The notes below the pieces were generated by a model, which was not told the origin of the DNA, made no database searches, and saw only the letters and a list, made by a program, of their open reading frames with translations. Below are positions 1 to 14,164 of a DNA stretch of 64,000 bases, piece after piece (positions within the stretch are counted from its first letter, which is position 1; every line of letters begins with the position of its first letter). Location of the stretch: positions 1,054,001 to 1,118,000 of the forward strand of contig JAQFVV010000010.1 of assembly GCA_028023455.1 (NCBI GenBank), in the 5' to 3' direction. The translations under genes and the position numbers were made by a program. Source of the stretch: Epiperipatus broadwayi. Its lineage: Eukaryota > Animalia > Onychophora.

Positions 1-3000
1 GATAATAATGTTTTAAAAACTAAGATAAAATATTTTGAGTTATAAAAGAATCTTGTATTTTAATAATAACATTTAATCATGGTATTGTCTACAAGAGGAC
101 TCACATTCTGGTGTTTTAAAAATCCATGTTATATGGTGGCTATTGATGAAATCTTTGATTGCTAACAATCAACTCTTTGTTTAGTCAATATTCAGCAACT
201 GATTGATTGCTGAATTACAATATATATATATAAGCTCATCTACACAAAATCTAATTTACAGTAATCAAAAATGGGAGTTAAATTACTTACAAATGAACTT
301 GATTAATTCAAACAAATCTTTAACTTAAAATTACTAATAATTATTACTCTTGTTATTTGATACATGGATATGTTACTTTATATATTTTACTAGCATGGAC
401 ACTTTACATTTGAAAAAAATATTATGCCTTTGATTATTTTTTTTAACTGACAATTTCTAAAAAAAAAAAAAAAGCTTTTTTTTCTTTACAAAAGAAAACA
501 TTTGGTTAACATGTATATTAAAGGAAAAAATTATTTTTAAAAATGCTGACAAATAATAACTTATATACATAGTAAATACAGAGTAAATTTATTTATTTTA
601 AAAAAAATTTTTTTTAACTTCAGTTGCATTAAAATACAATTAACATTTTTTTTTTAAAACTTTGCTTCTGATTTTAAACAATTCATAATATAAAATATAG
701 CTTGTTAATATTAAATATAAACTAAAATAAAACTTAAAATGGCTAATATATTAGGATAACAGTCTAAATAGTTTTTTTTAAACTCACAAAGTGAGGCTTT
801 GCAGCCAGAGTTTGGTTTCTCCTGATATGGAAAATTAGTTTCCATAATGTATCTTTAACAATCCCCTATTTTGACATTTGAAATAAGTAATGTTTCTTCA
901 TTTTTAATTAGAAATTTGTTCAAAAATAATATGTCCGAGTCCAGATGTCCAGAATAAATTTTGGCAATTAGCAATTGTTCCTCTTTTCTACTTATTCATC
1001 ATACTGTGGTTCCTTAAATTTGGTTAAAACAAAACCAGTCTACTTTAATTTAATAAAAAATTGACCTTATATAATTTTTATTTATTGTTTTCAAACCCTT
1101 TGTTTTTTACACCTTTAATAAATCTTATTTGTAACATCAAATTTTATTTATTCAAATTACAAGAATTTAAAAAATAGTATTATTGCTTAATTAAATAAAC
1201 TTGCAAAACACTTGTTTTCAAATATCTTAGCAAAACAACTTAATCTTTTTTTTTTCATTTAATTATTTAAAATCTATTTTTTTAACAGTTGTTTTACAAT
1301 ACCCTTTGATAAGAGAAAGTTTTAACATAATTTAGCAGTTTCTCTTAAATTTAAATATATTTTTACAAATCTATTATATTATTGAATCTAATTTTTAATA
1401 TAACAATTTATAATTTATTTAAGCTTTTTCATATTGCTTATTATTAGTATATTATATAATTTTTTTTTTTGAATTTTTGAATGTTATATTCATTAGCATC
1501 TTCACAACTCTGAAAATTATCTTACAACCATGTAAAATCACATGGCTAACACTAAAATAAATAAAACATTATAAAGATCAGCAATCAACTGAAGAAATGT
1601 AAAGAATAGAGGAAATGACCAAGACAACTCAGATATTTCAAGTGTTCAATGAAATGAAAGAAAAAATGTTCACAGAAAAGAGATGAGGATAATAAAAAGA
1701 GCAAAAAAGGAGGATAATAAGAAGAGAGCAAAAGAAAAGCAGATGCTGCTAAAGAAAATAAAATAAAGCATTCTGCAAAGTCAGATGTTATTTATAGAAA
1801 TAAAAAAGCAATCAACAAAAAGGAAAGCATCAAAAGAAAGAATGTTCCTGATGATAACTATAATATAATACAAATAATAAAAGAGCATAAGAAGGAATGA
1901 AATAAGAAAACAGATGTTGTACATTATGTGCAAGATGTAATGCAAGACTACACTAAAATAAATTCAATTATAGATAAACCAGAGGGAATAAACCAAAAGA
2001 TAATAATTGGAGAAAAATATAGAAAATGAACAAAAATATCTAAAAATAATAAATCAAAAGAATAAAGAATGGAAGGAATGAATTGTGAGAAATGTCAAAA
2101 GGTAAAAGAAAAAGTAATGGAAAATTTTCAGGATTAAGTATTATAAGAGATATATAGAATAGTTGCAGGAAACTTATACTTAGGTTTTTCAAGGTTAGAT
2201 ATTTCAACTGAAAATATTAACTGCAGGTTTTCTTTCAAATGGTTAAATAATAAAGGTTATTAAAATAACCTATCTCATAAGATAAATCAGATGATTGGGT
2301 GTGTTGGCAAAAGTATTGGGCAGAAATAGTTATATTGAGGCCACAAACTCAAGAATACTTGGAAGTATCAGATTTTGGTTCTTTCAATTTTCAAAATAAA
2401 GAATTGCAGAAAATGAAATATAAAATCAATATAAAAAATAGGGTTTATGAAATAAATAATAGATATTCCATGAGAGAAAGTATGGAAGTAAGATAAAGAA
2501 TAGTTTGAAAAGAAAAGTAAATCATAGAACAGTGAGGATAATCTGAACAGGAGCTTATCACCACCTTATCATTCCCAACTCAAATGAAGCAATTTAGGTA
2601 TGTTGAAAATCAATTACTAATTATGCATAGATTAGATTATTTACTCAAATGTCCATATATCATTGTATAACACTGATAATAAGGTAACCATTAAACTGTA
2701 AATTTAACATGAGAAATGAAATGTTCATTTCCATTTCTTTGTCTCATCATTTTAAGGAAAGGATATTATAATATTGTAGACAGTGATCTGGTCATGTCAG
2801 ATATTTCAATCTTTCTAAATAAAAGTAAAGTTAGATTGGGGCAATTATTAGACTTAATTTTCTCGTGTTTTTTATAATAATATGTATTGATTTATTTATT
2901 AAGTGATAATATGAAAATCTCAAATATTTTTTGAAGTAATGTGAATATTTGTAATGTGTTATAAGTAATTGTAAGAGAGAGAGAAAAGTGTAAATTAAAA

Positions 3001-3699
3001 TAAATAATTTTTTATTCTCTCTCTTTAGTAATTTTATTTACCAATTTTAATTTTGGGAAAAAAATACTAAAATAATTTTTTCTCTTCAGTAAGTTATTGA
3101 TAAATTTAGTTTTAACTTTTAAAAGCTGATAAAAAAGATAAAAGTTAAAATTTTATGTTTATCATAATTTTAAAATGAATAAAAGACTTTAACAATATTA
3201 TAAATAAATTTTGTTTTAGTTAATTAAAGTTGTGTTCTTTCTGCTTATGTCTTTAAAATAAAAGATAATGTTGTTCAAATCAAAGGGTAAGTAAAATATT
3301 ATTGTGTTTTTAGCATAAGAGGAAAAATAACTATAAAGGATTTATTTATGGTTAGGATTTGTTTAATTAAAAAATTGAGAGGGAAATAACTTTTTACAAA
3401 ACTAGACCCAATTGGTCATGGCTTAATGTAGTCATGTCTGAAATAAAATGTGATTCAATAAATACAGGATTATTTCAAAAAATAAGATGGGTACACATTA
3501 GTGTTTTGCGAGTAGGAATCATTCTTGATTCAGCTATTGATGAAAACATTAGCAGCAGTTTTTCTTGTTTCAGATGTTGAAGAAAACAGAAGCAGCAGTT
3601 CAGCAATGAGGAACACACTGTGAAATAATTTTGCAGTCAGAAGTAAGAGTAATATCAGAAGTAGTTTTAAAAAATAATTTATGGAATGGATTTAAAGAA

Positions 3700-4140
3700 A
3701 ACCATATGCTAAGCCTTAGCTAGAAGCTAAGCATTACAAAACCTCACCATATAGTCTTTTTCTAAAAGAAAATCAATGCAGACTCTGAAGTAATCTGCAA
3801 CAAGCCTTGATTTTATTTAAAAACATGTCTATTTTGTATGTTAGCCTGATCTGTAAATTATTGTATTGGAAAGATGGAGAAATTCATCCTGTATTTAAAG
3901 TAATCTGAAAATTATTGTATAGTAAAAAAATTAACTGTGTACATTACCCTGGAAATGTATTAATGGAGAAGCTATCATGATGGAAATTTGAACTTACAAA
4001 AGAAACAATTAATAGGAACTTCTAAAAAAAGAATTGTTTAAACTCTACAATGGAAGCCAACAAGAAAGCAAACTAAAAATTGCATCTACCAAAAGACTTG
4101 ATAAATAAATCTTGGTCAAAAGGTGCATATTACATCTACA
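3700..4140 (+). mobile_element. Heavily decayed RTE-like LINE RT C-terminal remnant
   Basis: Broken-frame translation only loosely resembles the post-YADD region (L...GL.IN..KT, then YLG and EL..R). Many stops; boundaries approximate. Confidence 0.25.
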
Positions 4141-4609
4141 TTTATAGATATATTTTTTTTAAAAAATTAATAGTAATGAATAATTGTTAATATTTGTTTA
4201 CTAAAATGTTTTAACTAATTTAATTTTTTTTATTCTCGTGAAATTTTGTTTTACAATTTTAGTTATTGAATAAGAAATAATTGTTTTAAAAATAAAGATT
4301 AATTACTTTAATAAATAAGAACCAACAATAAGTTAATATTACTTGCTATAGAAAATGATATTTTTGATAAAATATATGAGTTGAAATTATAATATTGTCA
4401 TATTTTTCTATTTTGTTAATTAATTAATTTATTAATTTATTAAATAATTGTTTAAAAAATAATGTTAATGTCTTTATTCTTCCAGCTATCTGTATTATGA
4501 AATGGCAGTATACTGAATTTCATTATAGCATAGTGTTTTAGGGATTTGTAAATTATTCCAATAAAGCTATTAAAATTGAAGTAGATTAAGTTTATATATG
4601 TATACTTAC

Positions 4610-5560
4610 CTACTCTTGTTCACAGTTCCAGACCCAAGAGTCCTTGTGATCTTGAACTAGCTCTAAAGTAATAATAGTTAATTTATATGTGAGAATGTGT
4701 TTGTGATTAGACATCCAAATAATTCTCTGGATGATGCAAAGTCAAGTTTATCTTTAAGGTCCCTTCACTGCATCATTTTTATGATATATACTTTACCATT
4801 TAAGTTTGTGCATCCAGATGATTATTGTGCACTATTCTCTAAGTTTAACATTGACTATTGAATCTTTTTAAAATCCAATCACAAGAGACATCTGTTGATT
4901 AATTTTGAATAATGCTGATGATGCAGCTTGCAATAGCTTATTGTTATTATAATTATTTATTTTATTCCAATGCTGATCTCATATTCCTTTTTATATTTTA
5001 TAATTCTATATTTGTTCATGACTATTTGTTAATTCATTGTTTTTGATATTTATTTTATTTATTCATTGGGGATGATGTTTTTTTTCATTTCCCCATGTCA
5101 CCTCACTTCCAAACATTTAAATAATTGATTGCCTATCTCCAAAATTCTTAACCAGACCTGGATATTAATATGTACAAATAACAATACAACAAGCAATTTC
5201 CAATAGCTGAAGCTGCATGAAGAGATTTGTGAAAATCTACTAGGTACATCTAAATAATCATGTTTCATATTTAAATTTGTTTTGGTAATTATATATTTTG
5301 GCCAGAAAATATACTTATAACCCAAGAAAGATATTACTAGGAATACATACATTAGCAAAATTATTAAAACAATGGAACTTTTACAATGGTAACTAAAAGC
5401 TTGCAAGTATCTTCTTTTAGTAGTATATTATTTCTATTTTCCAATTATTTTAATCTATTCACTTCTAACGCATACAATATTGATTTTTCAATTGCATTAA
5501 GATAGAATATTGTAATTGTTAAACTTTCCAAAAAATTAGCTTATTATTAATTGTAAGATT
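4610..5560 (+). mobile_element. Decayed CR1/L2/Jockey-type LINE RT remnant
   Basis: gttccagacccaagagtccttg resembles VPQGSVLG; NSLDDAK resembles FADDAK; downstream pieces loosely match the LEY..W.P..LE.VQRR region. Multiple frameshifts. Confidence 0.4.
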
Positions 5561-6595
5561 TAAAGGAAAGATGTGTTTATTAAGCAACATATTTTAAAAA
5601 ATGAAAATAAATGTAAATAGAAAATACATAATATTATTACTTCATTAATAAATTTTCTATTTGCTAAATTTAGAGTTTTTTTCTTTCTTCATTCATAATT
5701 TTATTTATTTTGTCACTGCTCATGTATCTTCCATGAATTTGATTTTAAATGAAAAAATATGGCACTCAATTAAAAATATATTTTTCCTTCATAATTTAAT
5801 TTTTGCTATAAATATTGATCTATCGATACACAATATATATTTATGATTATATATAATAAAAAACCATAAAACATTAAATATTAGCAAAATAATAAATTTA
5901 TACTAAAATTTTCTCATGAACATTATTTTTGTCTATTATATAAATAGACATTCTCAAATAGTGTCATATTAACATTTAGTTTAATTATGTTTATTCTCAA
6001 ATTGTAACCTAGTTGGACAAACTAAGACTATTACCATCAAAAGATCAAAAATGAATTCGTTCTATTTCATTATAGTTTGCTATCCCCAAATTAGTGAATT
6101 TATGTAATTATTCACAGCTAGAGAGATTTTAATCAATTCATATTATTTAAAATATGGCATTTTAAAAAACTAACTAACTTGGTGCATAAATCCACCAGAA
6201 TCTTACTCAGCTATATCAAATTCAAAATGTTAGACTACCTTGTTTTGTTACAATTTACAAATATGAAAAATATTATTTTAGAACTGGATGCAAAATTTTA
6301 TTTCTTTAATTACTAGTTTTATAAACAATTGTTTGCTTCACTTATAAGAATGCCTTTCATTTATTAATGGTAAAATAAATATTTGTTTGAATCAATATGT
6401 TCATGTCTTATAAATAAAAATCTAAATAATTTTTATTGCACATATTTTAATTCACATTATTCCCTTAAATCTTCATGTCAGTTCTGAACAATCAATGATC
6501 ACTTAATTAGCAAGGCAGGGGGTATAAGGAATTGTTATGACTATTTTACCTTTACTTAGTTGAAAAAAAATGATGAACAATGTATGTCAAGTCAA

Positions 6596-6848
6596 ATCAC
6601 AATTTTTTAAATTACCATCATCACCATCACTGCCCACAGCTACTGCTACCACCAATAGTAGTAGTAATAGTAGCAGTAATAGAAGCAGCAGCAGTATTAG
6701 TAATAGCAGCAGCAGCAGTATTAGTAATAGCAGCAGCAGTAGCAGTAGTAGTAATAGCATCAGCTAGTAGTAGCAGCAGCAGTAATAGTGGTAGCAATAG
6801 CAGTATTATTATTGTTATAATCATCATCATCATCATTATTATTAGGTT
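6596..6848. repeat. Compound trinucleotide microsatellite (CAT/ACT, AGT/AGC, ATT/ATC)
   Basis: Directly visible. Abuts the 3' end of the minus-strand L1/Tx1 element and probably forms or extends its tail. Confidence 0.9.
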
Positions 6849-8467
6849 TCAACAATAATTTTATTAAACTTTGTTTGCAAAAATTTCATAGCTTTAACTG
6901 CAAAAGTTATAATGGCAATCTATTTTCCCTGGTTTTTCATTTGTAATTTATGTTTAAGTATGGTTGCTAGAGCACAGTTCAATATAGAAAAAACAACAAC
7001 AATGCTTTAACCATTGTGCAGTTGTTTGTACCATTTCAAAAGGCTTTCTGGTTGCTTGAGAATGAACCAAGTTTTAGCATGGCTGTCTGGAGATGTATTT
7101 CTGAAATCCCTATTTTTAAGTTGCTTAAGTTTTTTTGTAAATGTTGATGGATGTGGTAGAGTATTATTTCCTAGAAAAACACATGAGATACACCAAAATG
7201 TAAATAGTATAAATATTTTATCCTGGGATGTGGATGTGGTAGACGTTTGACATAAGTTTGTTATTTGCTGAATTGAGTTTTGGTTACCTACATATATTGA
7301 GGATGAGATCACAGATTTTGTTCAAAGTTTGATACAAGTAGAATATATATTGCTGTATTTCTTTGCAAGGCACAGTCCACAGAATGGTTCAGTGAGGTTA
7401 TACAGCCATTGATATCTGATAAAATATGAGATAGGTAAGGCAATCAGGTTAAGTTGGATTAGAAAATCAAAGAACTTTGGCTCAAGTGACCATCTCCAGA
7501 ATATGTATAATAGTTTATTGTTGACTTCTAACATGGGGGAATTTGGAATGAGTGTTGGGATATAGTAATGTATGTATTTTCCAGTAGATATACTTACCAA
7601 CAGGATGTGATCTGAAGTATCCAGATGTTGTTGGGAGATTGTCAGTGGGTGTTATGGGAATTAAGCAGTGAAGGGTACTGATGTGACTAATTGTAGAGGC
7701 AAGTAGATTAACTGTCCTCTGAATTCTGAAAGTTTCAATGTTATGAAAACTCAATCCATTTTGAGTAGATGGTTGACTAAGTTGTTTATGAGGTATAGAA
7801 ACTACTGTCTTTCACCATAGACACTTGTTGCAAAGGGAAGAATTGGTAGACATAAATACTTTTGTGAATTTAATTATGGGTATGTAATGATTTATCTTTG
7901 TTACAACAAGCATATTAAACAACTGGATTTTTTTAATAGATGGAAAGATACACTTTGGATAAAAAAAAAAAAAAGTAGTAATTTTAAGCATGTGATTCTT
8001 AAATTTGTTTTGTAGGTTTTGCCTCATTCCATAAGCTCCCAAATAAAATGGGAAGCCAAGAAATGTCATGGGTTTTTCTAAAAAGGTTTGTGTATGTGGT
8101 TTATTGTATACAGTGATCATGCACCAGTTTTGTTAAAATTGCATTTTAGTTTGTGAGTGGATGTGTAGTTTCAAAGTAGTTTTTGAAGTGTTGGAAATTG
8201 TTTGTATGAAGGAAAGAAGACAGATATGTCATCCATGTGTGCAATACACAAAATGAATTGTTCCATATGGAGAATATGGATTCCAGTTATTTTCAACTGA
8301 ATTTGTATTAGAAGTAAATTGATATAATAATTGAATAGAAGAGAGGTTAGTGGTGATCCTTGCAAGATGAAATGAGTAGGAGTGAACTAACTTGAATTTT
8401 TCTATTGAGAGAGTAACTCACAGCTTAGTAGTATGTTGGGATTAGATATAATAGTGTAATTAGTATT

Positions 8468-8668
8468 AAGCCAATAAACATCGCATAATCACAATTTCTT
8501 ATGCTTGCTTATAACTGATGAAGGCCACAAGCTGGAAACTAGTCTGGGGATATTGGATGAGTAGGCATTAGATGGGGTTTTTGTGCACAAACCTTCTAGC
8601 ATACATTGATTACTCTATCTTGCTGTGTGTGGCAATACATATAGTGAGTTTTGCCTGTTTTAATTTTT
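8468..8668 (+). mobile_element. ORF-less ~200 bp hammerhead-bearing retroelement (PLE pseudo-LTR or retrozyme-like)
   Basis: 13-bp TSD tgtaattagtatt (8455-8467 and 8669-8681); homologous to 40920-41067 (reverse complement) and 41319-41522. Confidence 0.85.
8515..8544 (+). ncRNA. Minimal type-I hammerhead ribozyme core (C3:G8), partly decayed
   Basis: CTGATGA-A-GGC-CACAA-GCT-G-GAAA-CTAG-TC, palindromic helix III (ACTAGT). Helix I pairing is poor in this copy. Confidence 0.7.
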
Positions 8669-10433
8669 TGTAATTAGTATTGTAGTTTTGGCAAGCATAT
8701 CTATTATGTCTTAATATGAACTGAATTAAAAATCACTTCAATGCCAATTTGTATAATCATGGGTGCATATTTTTCTTCTTGTACAACATTTTGAGGGTTA
8801 TTTATACATAAATGCATTTTGTGTGGTTCATGGAACTTTCTTGGCAAACTGCACTGGTGAAATCAGTGAAAGCAAGCATGTCTCTGATTGGACTTTTATG
8901 ATTGTTTTTCTAAGATTTGTATATCTAATGGATCCATGAAGATAGACTGAAGGTTAGAAAATGTAGATATTGGTGTTGGTTTGTTACTGTATGGAACCAA
9001 AGGTATGGGGTGTAGATCTTTGATTGGATGTATTTTCTGTGAGAGATAGTTAGCAAGGTTATAGTGATGTCTGTTAGTGAATTGACTGAGAAAATATAAA
9101 ATTGCATATTCCATGAGTTCCTGGATAATACCCCTTATAAATGGTTGTCAGCTTATCATTAAACTGATGAACATAGAATGGTTCATCTACTTCTGAAAGT
9201 CAAGAAATCTAAAAGCATATGTATGTAGTTTTTTCTGTAAATGTTGGGAAATAGGATAGATCATATTATGACCAGCATAGGTGGTCTCTTTGATTTGCAG
9301 TGTTATTGGGAGTCTCATATTGGAGGGTGTACTACTGCCCATGTAATATATCCTAAAATCCAAATCGATTGTTGACTGAGGCAGCTTTTTGCTTTTTTAA
9401 TTGCAAAATACTCTTAAAGTTGTTAACAAGTTTTATTGTAAGTTTGTATAAGCTTGCATATCTGCTAATAAGTGTGATGGGTATTATTTGCCATAGCTAT
9501 TTGCTTGTGAATTTCATCAGCCATTGCAAGTAGATGAGAGGGAGGAGTAAATTGTCATATAGTATGATGAATGTTAAAGGAAATTATGTTTATAAATGAA
9601 AGATATTTTTGAATTGGGTCAGTGGTTAATCCTTCCAATTTATGTGGCATTGTGTATATCTTCGAAAACAAAGATTCAGTGGGGGTGAAGAATTTGTATA
9701 ATTTTTTTGAGTTGTATATTGGTGATGTAGAGGTGATTTAAGTTAATTGTGAGGGTTTGTGTAGAGTCACCAGAGAGCAGAGTAGGAAAAATCTTAATTT
9801 CAATTAGATTGTGCTATGTTAGTGAATAAAAGAATAAGTCAATAAGAGTGGTATATTGTTTGTTATGAAAGGTAAGTGGCTTATTGGATAGAAATTCTTG
9901 TGTGCTCATTAGGTGGATGACAAGCTGAGAAGCCATTTTGATGTAAATTCAGAGTAATGAAGGTTAAAGTCTTCAATAATACAGTAGAGTAAATAGTAGA
10001 TTTAATTATTGAATTAATGGTAAGAATAATGTCAACTATTTTTCTTGGATTGGGGAATTGATTGCCATGACATGACAGTAAAATATGAAGTAATATAATT
10101 TTCTTCTTCCTTTTCCTATGTATTGATTTCTACTTTAACATATCATACCATTTAATACTCTTTATTTATATCAAAATTAACAGTTTCAACTCTCCTGCAG
10201 TCATCATATAATTAATACACTTATACATATTCATCTACATAATTAAATACACAAAATAAACAAAAATAAAATATACATTTTAACCTGACCTTTATATATA
10301 ATCATTTCCCATTTTATTACTTTACTCTTAAATAATTTTATCAATATTTATTTTAAATCACTTTATTTTATTTTTTAAATTATTATTTAGTATAATTATA
10401 AACTTTAACATATATTCTATTTAATACATATTA

Positions 10434-10504
10434 TTGTCATTTTACTTATATTATGAATCAACTTCTAATTTGTCATTTTACTTATATTATGAATCAACTT
10501 CTAA
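10434..10504. repeat. 36-bp tandem duplication
   Basis: ttgtcattttacttatattatgaatcaacttctaa occurs twice. Confidence 0.9.
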
Positions 10505-13055
10505 CCTTTTCTTATTTTTATTAAATATTTTATAATTACTAATTAACTTTCCCACATTACAAATTACTTTTTTACATTACAAAAATTATGTACCTCTTTA
10601 CAATCCCATTTCTAAAGACCCAAATGACAAAATTTTCAAAATTTGTATACTTATTTAATACTTCCTTCTATTGGCATTTTCTTCAACTTTATTCTTTAAC
10701 CTTTTTCAAATTCAAACTATTATTAATAATAATTGCTCATAAAATTATTGTCTTTACCCCAAAATCCCTATTAAGATTTGGTTTTATATTCTTAATCAAT
10801 ATTACCTCTTTAATTTTCCTACCCCTTCTATTATTTGTATAATTAATCATTTTTATACTATCTTTCTCAAATCTATGATCTGTTTCTAATGAATGCAAAT
10901 AAATAGATGATTTCTTATCTTATTTATGTTAAATTAATCTTGTATAAATTGAATTCTTTGTTTCTCCTATATAATTAGTTTTTATATTTTTACTTTTTCA
11001 TGATTTCCATTCAATTTTATATACTTATAATTATATATTTGAATATTGTAGCTCTGATTATGTCTGCAGGACAGTCAGTTAGTTTTGATATAAATAAAGA
11101 GTATTGATAAAGTATTTAAGAAATTTATAAATGGTATGATATATACAGTAAAATATGCTAATTAATAAATGAGAATCAAGCCAAAGAATTTTAAATTATT
11201 ATGGTGCATGTTGTGACTATAAAAAAATCATATTCTGGCTGATGGTAATGAGGTGTTTCTGGAGCATTCACATAAGCCTGGTTTATTGATATATGTTGAG
11301 GGTTAATTTTGGAACCACTATATATTTTAGTTTTTAAGAATCCAAGTACATGTGACTGAATAATGTCTATCCACTGATTTAACTGTTATAACTTTGCAAT
11401 AGAGTTGATTCCTCTAATATTTAGTGAAGTGATTTTAATCTTCATGTGGGTGAGAAGGGAGAGGATTATTTGCTATACATTTATATGATTTAATACTATA
11501 CTCTGATAATTAGTGAATGATTAATAAGGGATGCTAATTGTAATTGTTTTCTATTTAGAAGTGTTGTAAAGTTTTGGTTAATGCCCAAGATATTGTGTTT
11601 TTGAATTGTATATTGCTGTAAATGATTGTCATTTTCTGAGAAGTGATTGGTTTACATGGATATTTGATCAATATAATCTGATGGATTGTTGATGTCAATG
11701 ACTTGATCATCAATTGTCCTTTGTTTTTATTTTTTCTTACGTTTATCTGTTTTTCTTTTGTTCTTAATAGGGGTAGTGAAGATGTTGCTTACTGGTGTGA
11801 GAACAGGTTTCTATTATTTGTGATGAGATTTTATTAACAATGTGGTGAAAATTTCTGTACCTTACATTTAAGGATTAATTGGTTGATAAGATGGAAACTT
11901 GTCTCCTGTAATCTTAACTCAGTGGATTTGAGTAATTCATTGTCATGTGAATGAGAGATTGTTTGAGTAAGTCATTTAAATAAGCTTGTTTTGAAGAATC
12001 ATTATTGGAGTCATTAAGAAAGCCCTCTTAATTAGTAGTTGTTGTAAGAGAGAGTTGATGTTGATTGTTAGTATCACTGTTAAGGCTTGAATTAAATTGT
12101 TGATTTTGTGGGTCTAATTACTTATCAGATATCTTTGTTGTTACATTTTTTGTTTGTAAATATTGGCTGGCAAGCTATCCTTGATTACTGTGGCTTCAAG
12201 CCTCAGATATATAAACACAGCATTACTTTTGGATTTAGAATCTGTGTGGAAATATTGTTAGGGTCAAGATTTGTTCAAAATAGCAGCTTGAATCCAAAGC
12301 TATTGGGGTTCCTATCAGTATTGGTGCATTCTTTAAAGAGATTGCATTAAATAGATTAACTTTGCCAAATGGCTGCATCATTTTTTTGAAATCATTAAGG
12401 GTGTACTCAAAGAGTTTTTAGCACTCCTGTGATGCTGCTTTGACAATTTTCATCAACTGTTTGCAAATTCACCAAACATTTTGACCAGTGTTTGAAATCT
12501 AGCTTTTTGTAAACTTTCAAAAAATTGAATTAGTGCTCAACAATATTTTGTATGCAATTCCAGAGCTCATGCTTGTTAATTTCTTTATATAACAACTGAA
12601 GTGATATAAAGATATATCCCTTTCTGTGGAAAATATCACAATAGACCAAGGTGGAAAAAAATCTTTTAAACAATGTGAATTAGCTCCTCAATATAGGTTA
12701 GTAACTTCAAGCATTTCACTGATCCAGTCAGTGAGGGAGGGGGTGTCTGATCTTTTTGAGTTGTAGGGAGGTCTAAACTTTTAATACCATCTGCATTTGT
12801 TCTTTTAAATCTTGTACTAGTTTTAGAAAAAGCTGAACAATTATCAATTTTGTCATATGTGCTTTGTTCTTGATTTTTTTGTTGATTACTAATAATTTTT
12901 GCATAAGTTGTGATGAACTTTAAACTTATCTTACTTGAATCATCAATATTAGTGTCAATCACTGAATCACACGATTGACTATTCACCTGCCTTTACTTTT
13001 ATAGTTGATAAAGTTATTATTTTTAAAATGATGACTGAAACAATAAGTTAATTTT

Positions 13056-13161
13056 TTTCCATATGTCATAGCATTGGCCAGTAGGTGAACCCACAATCGT
13101 CTGCAACCAACTACTTGCTTGCAAGGTTGCTTCAATGACCTCTTGGCTAACAACGCTTGAC
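13056..13161. mobile_element. 106-bp insertion flanked by a 17-bp direct repeat (truncated retroposon)
   Basis: aacaataagttaatttt at 13039-13055 and 13162-13178; insert is GC-richer than its flanks. Confidence 0.7.
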
Positions 13162-13765
13162 AACAATAAGTTAATTTTAAAGCAACAAACTATATATACA
13201 CTAATAAGTTTTGTTTTAAATTGAATACAGTAATAAATTTTTCTTTGTCAGTTCAAACTTTAATAGTGATTTATGAGTTCATGATAATATCTTTTAAAGT
13301 TCCTTATCAATCAAGGGTTAGCTGCTGAACTATTATTATAATAATAATTATTATTGTTGTTGTTGTTGCTGCTGCTGATATTTTTATTCTAATAAATTAG
13401 GTTACAGATTTTTATTTGTCCACATGCAAATAAGTTGGATATAGAGTATAATATAAATATAGTTTTAAATTGTATAAACCAAATATTTACATTTTTTTTG
13501 TTTCAATGTAGCTCACAGGATTTAAACATTTATAACTATTTCTTTTAAGGAAAAAAACTCTACATATACATAACTATTATTTGATATATTTTTTAAAGAT
13601 TTTTTAATGAGCCCATTAGAGGTTACTGTATTATATTATAGGTTAGATGATAGTCAGTCATATCTGAGCCCAGGCATACATGTATGTGTTATGATCAGGA
13701 ACTTTTTTATATCTTTGACAAATAAGTTCAGGTTTATTTGCAATAAGATTTGGATGTTGCCTTAA

Positions 13766-14164
<399 letters not shown>

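Larger units (their letters stand above)
7007..11445 (-). pseudogene. L1/Tx1 ORF2 (APE endonuclease, RT, CCHC), disrupted
   Basis: Motifs as listed for the parent element. Many stops and frameshifts; interrupted by ~1 kb of AT-rich sequence (~10090-11050) and by the 8468-8668 element. Confidence 0.8.
6855..13040 (-). mobile_element. Decayed near-full-length L1/Tx1-clade LINE with nested insertions
   Basis: Ordered minus-strand motifs: ORF1-like N-terminus (12666-12986) and degenerate zinc knuckle (~12200); ORF2 start MKIKITSLNIRGINS (ATG 11445); EN IIEDFN (~9970); RT QGSPLTSLLFN...HMDD (8171-8365); FLGFPF; C-terminal CGLC knuckle (~7370); stop 7007; AATAAA ~6861. Confidence 0.85.

Noticed and set aside
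780-2500. Lys-rich and zinc-knuckle-like decayed coding stretches
   Set aside because: Resemblance to gag/ORF1 is too weak to call; low-complexity composition can explain it.
4608-4665. Minus-strand mini-exon with GTAAGT donor
   Set aside because: Overlaps the antisense of an RT remnant, two frames contain internal stops and the third ends in TAG at the donor.
6570-6858. Ser-, Ala/Val- and Ile/Thr-rich ORFs
   Set aside because: All are frames of the compound trinucleotide repeat.
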